A DNA stretch of 64,000 nt from a virus (lineage: Duplodnaviria; Heunggongvirae; Uroviricota; Caudoviricetes): IMG/VR virus record IMGVR_UViG_3300029288_000054, positions 70,607 through 134,606 of that record. One strand, written 5' to 3'. This document shows, in pieces, positions 49,101 to 57,224 of the stretch (position 1 is the first letter of the stretch; the number at the start of each line of letters is the position of its first letter). A model generated the notes under the pieces. It was not told the DNA's origin. It saw only the letters and a program-made list of their open reading frames with translations, and made no database searches. Made by a program: the position numbers and the translations under genes.

Positions 49101-50534
49101 GGAGCTACCGGCACTTCCGGTTTATCTGGTGCGACCGGTTCTACAGGCATTCAAGGTGCAACAGGCATCCGTGGAGCATCTGGTGTTGGTGCCACTGGAG
49201 CAACTGGTGTTGCTGGGGCCACAGGCCCCAGCCAAGGGCCTGTTGGTGCCACCGGTTACACTGGCCCGACAGGATCAACAGGTCCTGCTGGTGCCACAGG
49301 CATCAGAGGAGCAAGTGGTGCTTCTGGTACAGACGGTGCTACCGGTTATACTGGTGCTACAGGTATTCAAGGTGAGACTGGTGGAGCATCTGGTCCGCAA
49401 GGCGTTGATGGTGCCACAGGCCCTCAAGGCGAAACTGGTGGAGCATCTGGTCCTGCTGGTTCTACTGGTATTTCTGGTGCGACTGGTGCAACAGGTCTCT
49501 CCGGCTCGGCTGGTGCGACAGGCTCGACAGGACCGCAGGGCGTACAGGGTGCATCTGGAGTACAAGGAGAACAGGGTGCTTCTGGCGTTCAAGGTGCTTC
49601 TGGTGATCTTGGTTTAACTGGTTCCACAGGCCCAGAAGGTGCTACTGGAATTGGTGCCACCGGAATGGTTGGTGCCACTGGTGCTTCTGGTGCAACCGGT
49701 CCAGAAGGATCGACGGGTCCGGTCGGAGCGTCTGGCCCGCAAGGCGAGACTGGCGGTGCGTCTGGCCCAGTTGGAGCTACAGGCCCGCAAGGTGAAACTG
49801 GCGGTGCATCTGGTCCAGTTGGTTCAACTGGCCCGCAAGGTGAAACTGGTGGTGCTTCTGGTCCAGTTGGTTCAACTGGTGCTACTGGCATCGAAGGAGC
49901 AACAGGCGTAGCTGGTGCGACCGGTATTGACGGTGCTAGCGGTGCTTCTGGTGCCACAGGCGTTCAAGGTGCTTCGGGATTAACTGGTGCAACAGGATCT
50001 GTAGGATTGACAGGAGCTACCGGAAGCACCGGTATTAGAGGAGCAAGTGGTGCATCAGTAACAGGTGCATCTGGTGCATCTGGTGCAACAGGATTCATCG
50101 GTGCAACTGGTGTTGTCGGCTTATCAGGAGCAACAGGATCGACCGGCCCACAAGGTGCGACAGGAGCAGGCTTAACCGGGTCTACCGGAATTGAAGGTGC
50201 TACCGGCGCGACTGGATTAGCTATCGATGGTGCTACTGGTTATACTGGCGCTACTGGATATACCGGTGCAACTGGAATTCAAGGTGACACAGGCGGTGCA
50301 TCTGGTCCAGTTGGTCCAACTGGCTCCACTGGCCCTGGAGGCGGTGATCCTGGTGCGACTGGACCCGCTGGAATCGATGGAGCATCTGGACTTGATGGAG
50401 CATCTGGGACAGCTGGAGCATCGGGTATAGCTGGAGCAACAGGACCGTCGACACTCCCAGAAACACCAGTCACAGATGGTGACTATATATTAAGAGTGAC
50501 TGACGGCGTTGCGGCTTGGATGATTCCGACCTAA
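46182..50534 (+). CDS. Collagen-like fibre protein (1450 aa) with a central discoidin (F5/8C) domain
   Basis: Two G-X-Y rods (~46340-47700 and ~48277-50450) flank a discoidin-like domain; short C-terminal DGDY.L.V..G...W motif. Confidence 0.88.
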   Translation: MDFVKFQSIKLSDAPAQGDNPPPGVVYEWATVVGTDVLTHYRHSDGTDVIESVDGATGATGADGASGLTGATGIGGATGITGSSGAEGATGLTGATGIGASGATGADGATGLTGATGAGIDGATGLSGASGATGIGASGATGADGATGPQGATGVGIDGATGIDGASGATGADGATGLIGATGLTGATGLGASGATGSAGVDGATGINGASGATGTQGASGAIGATGAGIDGATGVDGASGATGADGATGLTGATGAGIDGATGVDGASGATGTDGASGATGTQGASGAIGATGVGIDGATGPQGIDGASGATGVQGASGAIGATGVGIDGSTGVDGASGATGVDGASGATGTQGASGTAGATGTGLDGASGATGIQGASGPQGETGGASGPAGSTGPVGVDGASGTVGATGATGAGIDGASGPQGIDGASGATGVQGASGTAGATGAGVDGASGIAGSTGLDGASGATGPQGETGGASGPSGATGATGSEGVSGATGTVGASGPGTADGAYNSGTTTATGQMTSMTEPAPYEVIVSSTGIIYKEIDNDYLYGWYAFDQITRSIGWGVCIGGSGYTPGDPFETAMWVIYDFSDGQKKVINKYAFYARILNTALPRDWTLSGSNDNSNWTVLDARTGVEPPGSTVTWSDYFTFYNSVAYRYYKIDVTKCTYPYYHQYNSVPYWFAEIGQLKLVEYPMVYGATGYTGATGYTGATGIQGETGGASGPSGATGATGIGATGPQGATGAGVTGATGPTGATGIQGETGGASGPEGPTGASGVQGATGIRGASGASGATGPEGQIGATGIQGETGGASGPSGASGASGATGVQGASGSIGATGLGASGATGLTGATGVQGQTGTGVNGATGSTGPVGATGETGSTGPQGETGGASGPVGASGPQGETGATGPVGLNGASGSTGPVGASGATGLTGASGVGLTGATGPGATGLTGATGVTGSSGPQGETGGASGPAGASGATGTSGLSGATGSTGIQGATGIRGASGVGATGATGVAGATGPSQGPVGATGYTGPTGSTGPAGATGIRGASGASGTDGATGYTGATGIQGETGGASGPQGVDGATGPQGETGGASGPAGSTGISGATGATGLSGSAGATGSTGPQGVQGASGVQGEQGASGVQGASGDLGLTGSTGPEGATGIGATGMVGATGASGATGPEGSTGPVGASGPQGETGGASGPVGATGPQGETGGASGPVGSTGPQGETGGASGPVGSTGATGIEGATGVAGATGIDGASGASGATGVQGASGLTGATGSVGLTGATGSTGIRGASGASVTGASGASGATGFIGATGVVGLSGATGSTGPQGATGAGLTGSTGIEGATGATGLAIDGATGYTGATGYTGATGIQGDTGGASGPVGPTGSTGPGGGDPGATGPAGIDGASGLDGASGTAGASGIAGATGPSTLPETPVTDGDYILRVTDGVAAWMIPT

Positions 50535-51640
50535 GAAACAAGAGCACGTTCGATTTCTTTTGATGCATTCTCTAATCCGCCGTCAAAGCGGATCAAACGT
50601 GCACCTTTCTTCATGTTCGCAGTAATCTGCGATTGGAACGAATGAGAGATGAACTTCTTCCACATAATGATAATGTCTGCGGAAGAATCGAACCGGCTGC
50701 GGTTCTTGTCAATGACGTCGACCCTGATCCTGCCCCTCAGAGAGTCGACAACGATTGCGATTTGATCGGCCTTAAAACCGACGAACGCAACCTGAGGAAG
50801 CTTGGCAGGGGCCGCAGCCTTTTCTTGTTGTTGTCGGCGTAACTTCTCTGTCGGCAACTCTGCGAGTAGCCGGGACAACATCGTCAGATTCTCTTCTAAT
50901 AGCTTAGAATGCTGCGTAGTGTGCGAAATCACTCGCATGAAAGCTTGGGCGATGATGGCATCTGGCGAAATGCAGTCAAGGATCGTCTGCTCAGAGAAGC
51001 GAGAGCAGAGATCATATGGCGACAGATTATCGATGACCTTGGTCGTCAGATGTTGAATCTCTTCATCGGTGAGAGAATCGATGACTTCTTGCCGACTTGG
51101 TGCCGCCTTCCGGCGATCGAGTTCAGCTTTCGCTGATTGCAGTTCACGCTCAACATCGAACCACTTAAGGCGATTATATTCGATCAGCCGTTTGTTCAAC
51201 TCGGTGACAAGGCCAGCGTGTGTTGGACGACGTTGCTCTTCCGGCATCATTTTCATGATGCGAGCGGCGAGATTGGTTAGCCCAGTTGTCGGCTCTTTAA
51301 GACATAGAGCAGAAACCCTCGACACTAAGAATTCCCACTCGTCTTCACCCCAAAAGACCTTTTTGGTATTCACACGCATGTTAGCGTGGCCATTGCCTTC
51401 ATGATTACCAACGGGTATAATCGCCGGTTGTAGCGAGCCGTTGGTGTTCTGTAAGGCGATTGAAAGCCTGCCCTTGATCTCGATTTTGCGATGGTCGAGA
51501 GTTCGCTTCAAATCAGCGATCTGCTCTGGCGACATCTTTGATATCGACTTTCCGGCTCTGATTCGATCTGCTTTCGTTGCGGATTGATAGAGGCAGATCC
51601 ACTCGTCGGTCGACGGAATGGTGGTCGGCATAGTGACCAT
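50531..51640 (-). CDS. Hypothetical protein with a C-terminal DUF2325-like Rossmannoid domain
   Basis: C-terminal VAFVG...[14 protein letters not shown]...GG pattern; GAGG RBS; TGTTATAAT promoter at ~51692-51700 on the minus strand. Confidence 0.65.
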   Translation of the reverse strand: MVTMPTTIPSTDEWICLYQSATKADRIRAGKSISKMSPEQIADLKRTLDHRKIEIKGRLSIALQNTNGSLQPAIIPVGNHEGNGHANMRVNTKKVFWGEDEWEFLVSRVSALCLKEPTTGLTNLAARIMKMMPEEQRRPTHAGLVTELNKRLIEYNRLKWFDVERELQSAKAELDRRKAAPSRQEVIDSLTDEEIQHLTTKVIDNLSPYDLCSRFSEQTILDCISPDAIIAQAFMRVISHTTQHSKLLEENLTMLSRLLAELPTEKLRRQQQEKAAAPAKLPQVAFVGFKADQIAIVVDSLRGRIRVDVIDKNRSRFDSSADIIIMWKKFISHSFQSQITANMKKGARLIRFDGGLENASKEIERALVS

Positions 51641-51750
51641 GAAATATCCTCACGATAAGAGACATAGCGAAACTGGTTAACCACGTGGTCTATTATAACA
51701 CAATGAGAGGGCCTTGTGAATTATATTTACCCACATCCCTCTCTAGCGGA

Positions 51751-52557
51751 TTATATCGTGAAAACATGATGTACTCGCGGCTTGCCGTATTGGCTAGGTG
51801 CCGTGATGACTTTTAGATTTGGCACTATGTCGACTTCGCCGCCGCTGTGAGTATGCCCGCACAGAGCAGTCAACTGACATTCAGGGTTTTCTGACGCTAC
51901 GGCGAGTAGGACTTTACCAGTAGCTTCACATGCAAAGTACGGAAGAAAATCATCACTAGACATAGCTCCCTCATGCCATGCCGCCTCTTTAAATGGCGGG
52001 ACATGTGTAGCGACAATAACATGTTTATATTTCTCGGCTGCTGGATATAATACGAGAGATAGATGCTTTGCTGCTTCGTCACCCAACTTTTCGAGCATTG
52101 TGCGAAGTCTGTCTTTGTCGAGGCTGCCCCTTCTCCAACAGTTTAACTCTTCTATAAGAGTGAAGTCGTTGAGAATGACGCTTGAGCCAGACAAATCGCC
52201 GAACCTGCCATCGGCCCATCCATCATGTCCGAGCAATGCAGTATCGCCAGACAACTCGATGGTCGGTATATTGCTGAGATAGTGAAGATTGCGACTCGAA
52301 TAGGCAAGCCTTGAAACCATCCGACGCACATCTTTGATGGAACTTCGATAGAAGTCGTGGTTCCCTAGCACAAAATAGACCGGTTTGTCGTATTTTGTGT
52401 CGAAATAATGAAGTGTTTCACAAATGTCGGTACTCTCATCGATATCACCAGTTAAGACGAGAGCATCGGCCTTATCTCTGATGATATCAATATATTCGAG
52501 AAGCTCGTTTCTGCTTAAGAAATTCAGATGAACATCACTGGCCCAGGCTAATCGCAT
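51751..52557 (-). CDS. Calcineurin-like metallophosphoesterase (CpdA/Icc-like)
   Basis: SDVHL, LTGDI, VLGNHD, THVPP and CGHTH motifs. Confidence 0.9.
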   Translation of the reverse strand: MRLAWASDVHLNFLSRNELLEYIDIIRDKADALVLTGDIDESTDICETLHYFDTKYDKPVYFVLGNHDFYRSSIKDVRRMVSRLAYSSRNLHYLSNIPTIELSGDTALLGHDGWADGRFGDLSGSSVILNDFTLIEELNCWRRGSLDKDRLRTMLEKLGDEAAKHLSLVLYPAAEKYKHVIVATHVPPFKEAAWHEGAMSSDDFLPYFACEATGKVLLAVASENPECQLTALCGHTHSGGEVDIVPNLKVITAPSQYGKPRVHHVFTI

Positions 52558-52946
52558 TAATATCCTTCCGATTTGCGAAACTTTTGCACAGCGCTACAAA
52601 CAGCTTTACATTGATCGACGTCGAACATACCGATATGACACTTATCAAGCGGTATATCTAGCGTTCGCGACAGCCACGCATAAGCGCGGCTACGATTCAT
52701 CATCCCGCCTTTCCAGAGCTTGTCGAATTTCTCATGTGCTTGTTTCTTCCAATATCGAAGTTCTGGGTTAGCTAAACGCCCAAGCGGCTTTTCTGTCCCT
52801 TTCTGGCACCCGGCATAAGCATCACATTTCGGCCAGTTAGAGCAAATCCAAACATTGCCGTATGATTTGCCATAAATGATGGAAGAGTCTTTGCAGACCA
52901 CCTCACCACCACAATATGGACATATAGAGGCTTTTGTTTTGCTCAT
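52557..52946 (-). CDS. DUF3268-like zinc-finger protein
   Basis: CPYCG...C...C.AY.GC...PLGRLAN.ELR..K..AH..FD.LWK...R..AY.WL...L......CHIGMFD...C. Confidence 0.85.
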   Translation of the reverse strand: MSKTKASICPYCGGEVVCKDSSIIYGKSYGNVWICSNWPKCDAYAGCQKGTEKPLGRLANPELRYWKKQAHEKFDKLWKGGMMNRSRAYAWLSRTLDIPLDKCHIGMFDVDQCKAVCSAVQKFRKSEGY

Positions 52947-53677
52947 AGACGCTCAATTTCGAGATTGTGTTCTTTCGCGATCTCACTACAGTATAGCGGC
53001 TCTAATTCGACGATTGTGCAAGCATAACCAAGAGGCTTGCAGACACGGAGCGTTGTAGCTGTGCCTCCGAACGGATCAAGTATAGTGCCATCATCTGGCG
53101 TTGTCATCTTTAAGCATCGTTCAATCAAGCCTTCATGTAACTGGGTAGGACACCATCTACGACGTTGTTTTGAGTTGCCTGTTACTCGCGGAAAATGAAA
53201 GACGTCGCCAGGCACTCTACCACGAGGATCAGCACGTTTATCACCATTCGCTTGACGCCAAGACATAACTCTGATGTTGTCCGGAAATAATGGTGCATCA
53301 TGCCAACGAATTCGTAGTATTGGCCTGAAGTTATTGCCCAAATCCTTCTGGTTGTGCTGGCCGAAAGTGAATACTTGCACGCAATGCTTGTATTCTAATG
53401 CTCCACCAAATTGGCCAACCAAATCGGTTACTATTGGCCCTAACTGGAACGTCCATAGAGCATTATAAGAAAGCCATACAGTTTTAGCACGAAGTACAAA
53501 ATTATTTAACCATTGACGCATCAGCGATATATAGTCGTCACTCGTTATCTTGTCGCAAAATGTGTCATACTTCAGATCGATCCCGTCCGGAGGGTCCGCC
53601 ATTATAGTATCCCATTTGCGATCAGGCACCGATTTTAAATATTCAAGACAATTACCGTTTATTATTTCGTGCTTCAT
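52943..53677 (-). CDS. N6/N4 DNA methyltransferase (beta class) with a variant DPPD motif
   Basis: GNCLEYL, ADPPD (motif IV), GDVF, CPTQL...LIERCL, ILDPFGGTATT (motif I), VELEP.Y. Confidence 0.85.
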   Translation of the reverse strand: MKHEIINGNCLEYLKSVPDRKWDTIMADPPDGIDLKYDTFCDKITSDDYISLMRQWLNNFVLRAKTVWLSYNALWTFQLGPIVTDLVGQFGGALEYKHCVQVFTFGQHNQKDLGNNFRPILRIRWHDAPLFPDNIRVMSWRQANGDKRADPRGRVPGDVFHFPRVTGNSKQRRRWCPTQLHEGLIERCLKMTTPDDGTILDPFGGTATTLRVCKPLGYACTIVELEPLYCSEIAKEHNLEIERL

Positions 53678-54182
53678 ATGGTAGATGTTTCCATGTTAAA
53701 TTACGACGTGCATGATCGATGCAGGCAGGACTCACTAAATAATCCCTAGCGAGCTGCGCTGTACTTTTGTCACTCTTACGAATTGTCAGAACATCTGCTT
53801 CGGACAGAACGGATTTCCCTGAACTTTCACCCTTCTGATATGTTTTGCCACGACGACCTTTAGAATCCATATCATCCACATTAGCTTTCTGATCCCCTAA
53901 AAATAAATGTCTTGGATTAACACAACGAGAATTGTCGCAGCGATGTAATACTAAATTGTCGCCTGGGTCGACTCCATAATATAGAAAGTAAGCTATCCGA
54001 TGAGCGACATATGTGCCGTGAAATATCGAGAATCTACCATATCCGTCTTTATCACATCTTCCTTGCCACTCTATACACGATCCTCTTCGCTTAGTATGTG
54101 ACCAGAATCGGAAAGAGACTTTACCTATATCTATCTGATACAGCGGCACTATTTTCTTGGTTTTACCTTGGTGATTCGACAT
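53652..54182 (-). CDS. HNH homing endonuclease
   Basis: FW...C.EWQG...DGYG.F...AHRIAY...VLHRCDN..CVNP.HLFLG....N..DM..KGR, plus a C-terminal HTH. Confidence 0.9.
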   Translation of the reverse strand: MSNHQGKTKKIVPLYQIDIGKVSFRFWSHTKRRGSCIEWQGRCDKDGYGRFSIFHGTYVAHRIAYFLYYGVDPGDNLVLHRCDNSRCVNPRHLFLGDQKANVDDMDSKGRRGKTYQKGESSGKSVLSEADVLTIRKSDKSTAQLARDYLVSPACIDHARRNLTWKHLPYEARNNKR

Positions 54183-54378
54183 TTATTCCGCGCACCGCTT
54201 GTTCCGCTGCTGATACGGCGACTATCGCCGCACAATTCAAGATAGCTGACGAGTATTTTGATTCGTCGAACCAGCAACAGACAACCGAGCCTTCGTTGAT
54301 TGTGTGATCTACTGTCATAATAGGTCCGCCCGACTTCAGACGAACCAAACTGCCACTCTCAAATACTATCTTGGCCAT
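54163..54378 (-). CDS. DUF2158/YodC-like small protein
   Basis: F..G..VRLKSGGPIMTV...V.C.WFD; AGGGAG RBS before ATG 54378. Confidence 0.85.
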   Translation of the reverse strand: MAKIVFESGSLVRLKSGGPIMTVDHTINEGSVVCCWFDESKYSSAILNCAAIVAVSAAEQAVRGINVESPR

Positions 54379-54465
54379 GGTTTCTCCCTTATTATTAAAC
54401 ACTATCGAAATACCTAAAACAATTATAGCGATAACGTATGTAAAACTGTAGTTGAAAGATATAGT

Positions 54466-54651
54466 ATGCACTACGACGAATATAAACCTACCGCAGAAGA
54501 GATCGAGATAGAGAAAGAAGCAATCAAGCAGCAACGAATAGAAAAACTGAAAAACACCAAGACGGTCAAAAACGCCAGTCGCACCTATCAGAGAAGAATA
54601 ACCAATGTTCCAACAGACACCAGACCCGTTGTTGGGTCTAAGTATCAATAG
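54466..54651 (+). CDS. Small hypothetical protein
   Basis: Y.PTAEEIE..K..I motif; GAAAGATA lies 4 nt before the ATG. Confidence 0.6.
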   Translation: MHYDEYKPTAEEIEIEKEAIKQQRIEKLKNTKTVKNASRTYQRRITNVPTDTRPVVGSKYQ

Positions 54652-55189
54652 TAAATCTCTGATGTTGCCTGAGGAATTGAATGCACTATTTAATCTAGTA
54701 CCGAGAGATGGGATAGTTCTGGAGATTGGAACATTTCACGGTGCTACTGTTGCACAATTAGCCATCAAAAACCCAGGCGTCCTATTTTATAGCGTCGACC
54801 CATTATTTTGGAAGCGGGCAGGGTTAAAATGGTATGAAAACCGGCAACCGAATATGCGCCTGCTTACTGGCACATCTGCTGACCTGATAGTATTGAAAAC
54901 AGGCCGCGTCTTTGATCTAATAATTGTTGATGGCGACCATTCCTATGACGCTTGCTACAACGATCTTAAGGTTAGTGAAAAACTGATAAAACCTGGATGC
55001 CCAATCGCTGTCCATGACTATGCGAGAGGAACGTTGCGAAAGACGTTGGCTAGGGCCGTAGTGCGTGCCGTTAACCACTTCTGCAGGGTTCGGAGATATA
55101 AGATAAGAGAAATAGTAGGGACTATGGCAATCTTAGAGGTGAATAATGACCAGAATGAGCCGAAAAGAGAGCCGGATCGAAACGAGTGA
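54605..55189 (+). CDS. Class I SAM methyltransferase (Methyltransf_24-like)
   Basis: VLEIGTFHG, YSVDP, G.S, FDLIIVDGDHSYD...DL, L.KPG..I..HDY. Start may be 54662. Confidence 0.85.
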   Translation: MFQQTPDPLLGLSINSKSLMLPEELNALFNLVPRDGIVLEIGTFHGATVAQLAIKNPGVLFYSVDPLFWKRAGLKWYENRQPNMRLLTGTSADLIVLKTGRVFDLIIVDGDHSYDACYNDLKVSEKLIKPGCPIAVHDYARGTLRKTLARAVVRAVNHFCRVRRYKIREIVGTMAILEVNNDQNEPKREPDRNE

Positions 55190-55394
55190 AATCCCGAGAC
55201 ACCAGAAGAAGGCTCCGAAGAAGAAGCCATATGGAATAGAGTATTTCAGTAATTGGTTCGGCTGCTGGGAATGTCATAACTGGTACGCCACGAAGAAGGC
55301 TAGAGATGATGCTTTCAAGAATCTAATCACAAAGACGGACGGGCTAACGGGGATGAGAGCTACCAAAATGCCGAGAAAAGTGGATAGAAAATGA
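55146..55394 (+). CDS. Basic hypothetical protein
   Basis: GAGGTG RBS; WY.TKKARDDA motif; ATGA/TAG overlap with the next gene. Confidence 0.65.
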   Translation: MTRMSRKESRIETSEIPRHQKKAPKKKPYGIEYFSNWFGCWECHNWYATKKARDDAFKNLITKTDGLTGMRATKMPRKVDRK

Positions 55395-56218
55395 GCCGTG
55401 TGCTTCCAATCGAACCACATGTGAGTAAGCGTCGAAATAATCCGTGCCCATGCGGTAGTGGGCGTAAATTCAAACACTGTTGCATACACAAGAAAGCATA
55501 TCAAATGTCAGACACTCCGATAACAGATGCCGCGAAACAGTTAGATATCCAGAAACGTCGTGCCGCAGAAGCTGAATTTTGGGGCAACTGTTATGATATG
55601 AACGCTCTCGGCGAAATCGTCAAGCAAACAACCTATGCCACTGAGATGGGCATTTTTGATGAGTATGGCGATTTGGGCGGCGATATCGACCTGGATGGCG
55701 CGTCGGTCACGGATATCGGATCGGGACCATGGTCATTGCTTCTGAGATGTTACAACTCTGGTGGATTGATTGCAGTCGATCCGATTCCGTGGCCAACGTC
55801 CGTCTTGCGTAGGTATGCAACCTATAATATTCAGTTCATTCAAAAGGGCGGTGAAGAGATCGGCGACCTTCCGATGGCCGATGAGGTATGGATTTATAAC
55901 TGCCTTCAACATGTCGAAGACCCGCTCTTGGTGATTGCAAACGCCAGGAGAATCGGTAGAAGAATTCGCATCTTTGAATGGCTCAATACACCAACAGATA
56001 CATATCACCTGCACACACTTACTTCGGAAATGCTTATGCAGGCATTCTCTGGAGCGGCGGTGGAGCGTGTGCGGACGATTTCGCTAACAGGCAGATGTTT
56101 AGGAACGGCGTTCGTCGGCAGTTTCGTCGCCAACCCAATCATCAGGTTACACGAACCGAAGATCAAGAAGCCGATAACAGGTCCGGTTCTCGGTAAGACT
56201 GATCTTTCTGGCTATTAA
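55391..56218 (+). CDS. SEC-C motif fused to a class I methyltransferase-like domain
   Basis: RNNPCPCGSGRKFKHCC, then DIGSGP, AVDP and D.VWIYNCLQHVEDP...RIFEW. Confidence 0.8.
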   Translation: MSRVLPIEPHVSKRRNNPCPCGSGRKFKHCCIHKKAYQMSDTPITDAAKQLDIQKRRAAEAEFWGNCYDMNALGEIVKQTTYATEMGIFDEYGDLGGDIDLDGASVTDIGSGPWSLLLRCYNSGGLIAVDPIPWPTSVLRRYATYNIQFIQKGGEEIGDLPMADEVWIYNCLQHVEDPLLVIANARRIGRRIRIFEWLNTPTDTYHLHTLTSEMLMQAFSGAAVERVRTISLTGRCLGTAFVGSFVANPIIRLHEPKIKKPITGPVLGKTDLSGY

Positions 56219-56265
56219 CAAACTATTATGATCGTGCTATAACCTGCTGAAGGTGAGGAGTATTC

Positions 56266-56682
56266 ATGTGGTTTCGACGTAAAAAGCAGGAGCAGACTGA
56301 ACCGGTCAGACAGAAGAGAAAACCACGGGAATGGTCGTTCCAAAAGGATAGCTTGATTGATATTCTCAAGCTCTATGATGATATGATGTCATCCATTTCT
56401 ATCATTGGCCCAACTATCACTTTGAGGCGGCTGCTACCTAAATATCTGTTTTGGCAGAAAGTCGTCGAAGTCCTCCCGGATACTCGCGGTATCGCCATAA
56501 AAGTAGAGGAGACGAAGGACTGGCGATGCTTGAAGCTGGTGGAAGTCGTGCCGGACGATGAATATGAACCGGAGCCTATTCCGTCACCACCACCGGAGAC
56601 TGTTGAGCCGTCACCGCCACCGGAGAGAGCCGAACTCAATCAGCTATTAGACGAAATCGAGGCTAAGCCTGATCTAGGATAA
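56266..56682 (+). CDS. Hypothetical protein with a Pro/Glu-rich tail
   Basis: GAGGAG RBS; TCGTGCTATAA promoter-like motif at 56232-56242. Confidence 0.7.
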   Translation: MWFRRKKQEQTEPVRQKRKPREWSFQKDSLIDILKLYDDMMSSISIIGPTITLRRLLPKYLFWQKVVEVLPDTRGIAIKVEETKDWRCLKLVEVVPDDEYEPEPIPSPPPETVEPSPPPERAELNQLLDEIEAKPDLG

Positions 56683-56697
56683 CGAAGCGGAGCTATC

Positions 56698-56862
56698 ATG
56701 GGCGAGATATCGCAAGATATGGTTACTGGTCTTTGTTGTTCTCATTGTGGAACATTCTTTGTTACGGAACACGGCTACCCTGTGCTCTGTCACGATTGTT
56801 ATGATAATGAGACGCCAGTAGAAAGGGCAGGACTGCAGCGGGCAACAGAGAACGAACTTTAA
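56698..56862 (+). CDS. Small Zn-ribbon phage protein (54 aa, not in track)
   Basis: MGEISQDMVTGLCCSHCG...HGYPVLCHDC; GGAG RBS. Confidence 0.7.
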   Translation: MGEISQDMVTGLCCSHCGTFFVTEHGYPVLCHDCYDNETPVERAGLQRATENEL

Positions 56863-56873
56863 TCACTTGGTTT

Positions 56874-57006
56874 GGACGACGGCCCTTATCCGGGCGGGAA
56901 ACGCTATTGCGGGTCGAGGGATGGTTGCAAGTCCCAGTGCCCCTAAGGCTAACAGCGGTTGCATCCGGAAGGTGTCCGCGATTGTGGTAATCCTTCGTCG
57001 TCGTCC
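56874..57006 (+). ncRNA. Candidate structured RNA (multi-branch, ~133 nt), family unknown
   Basis: GC-rich intergenic segment closed by GGACGAC/GTCGTCC, with several internal hairpins and a downstream T-run. Confidence 0.45.
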
Positions 57007-57022
57007 GCTTTTTGGAGGATAT

Positions 57023-57223
57023 ATGACTCGCAAAGAGACACTACAAGAAATTCTGCCATATACAACGCAGATGTTGCATCGGACGCAAGACACTCTCCAC
57101 AAGCATCAAACCGGTGTGTGGAGTAGCGACCCGAAATATATCGCTAATGCCGAGGCCAAAACTCAAAAATGGATTCGGTGGCGCGATTTGATCGAAGAAC
57201 TGATTGCGGAGTGTCCAGACTAA
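57023..57223 (+). CDS. Hypothetical protein
   Basis: GGAGG RBS before ATG 57023; the track start at 56867 is unlikely. Confidence 0.7.
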   Translation: MTRKETLQEILPYTTQMLHRTQDTLHKHQTGVWSSDPKYIANAEAKTQKWIRWRDLIEELIAECPD

Positions 57224-57224
57224 T

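Noticed and set aside
38820-50473. Many minus-strand PVAP-repeat ORFs and alternative-frame LVL/VQL ORFs over the collagen genes
   Set aside because: They are shadow frames of GGN-GCN-ACN repeats, which lack stop codons in those frames; they have no RBS or independent features.
54379-54648. Hydrophobic N-terminal extension of the 161-aa track ORF 54163-54648
   Set aside because: It is antisense to 54466-54651 and crosses the divergent promoter region; the DUF2158-like protein has its own RBS at ATG 54378.
56874-57006. Assignment of the RNA candidate to tRNA, SRP RNA (TCCGGAAGG), SAM-I (CTTATC...GAGGGA) or cobalamin riboswitch (GGGA..GCAAGTCC)
   Set aside because: Only short fragments match. 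The T-loop, the SRP CAGG/AGCA internal loop, the SAM-I GCAAC/GATAAG elements and the B12-box are absent.
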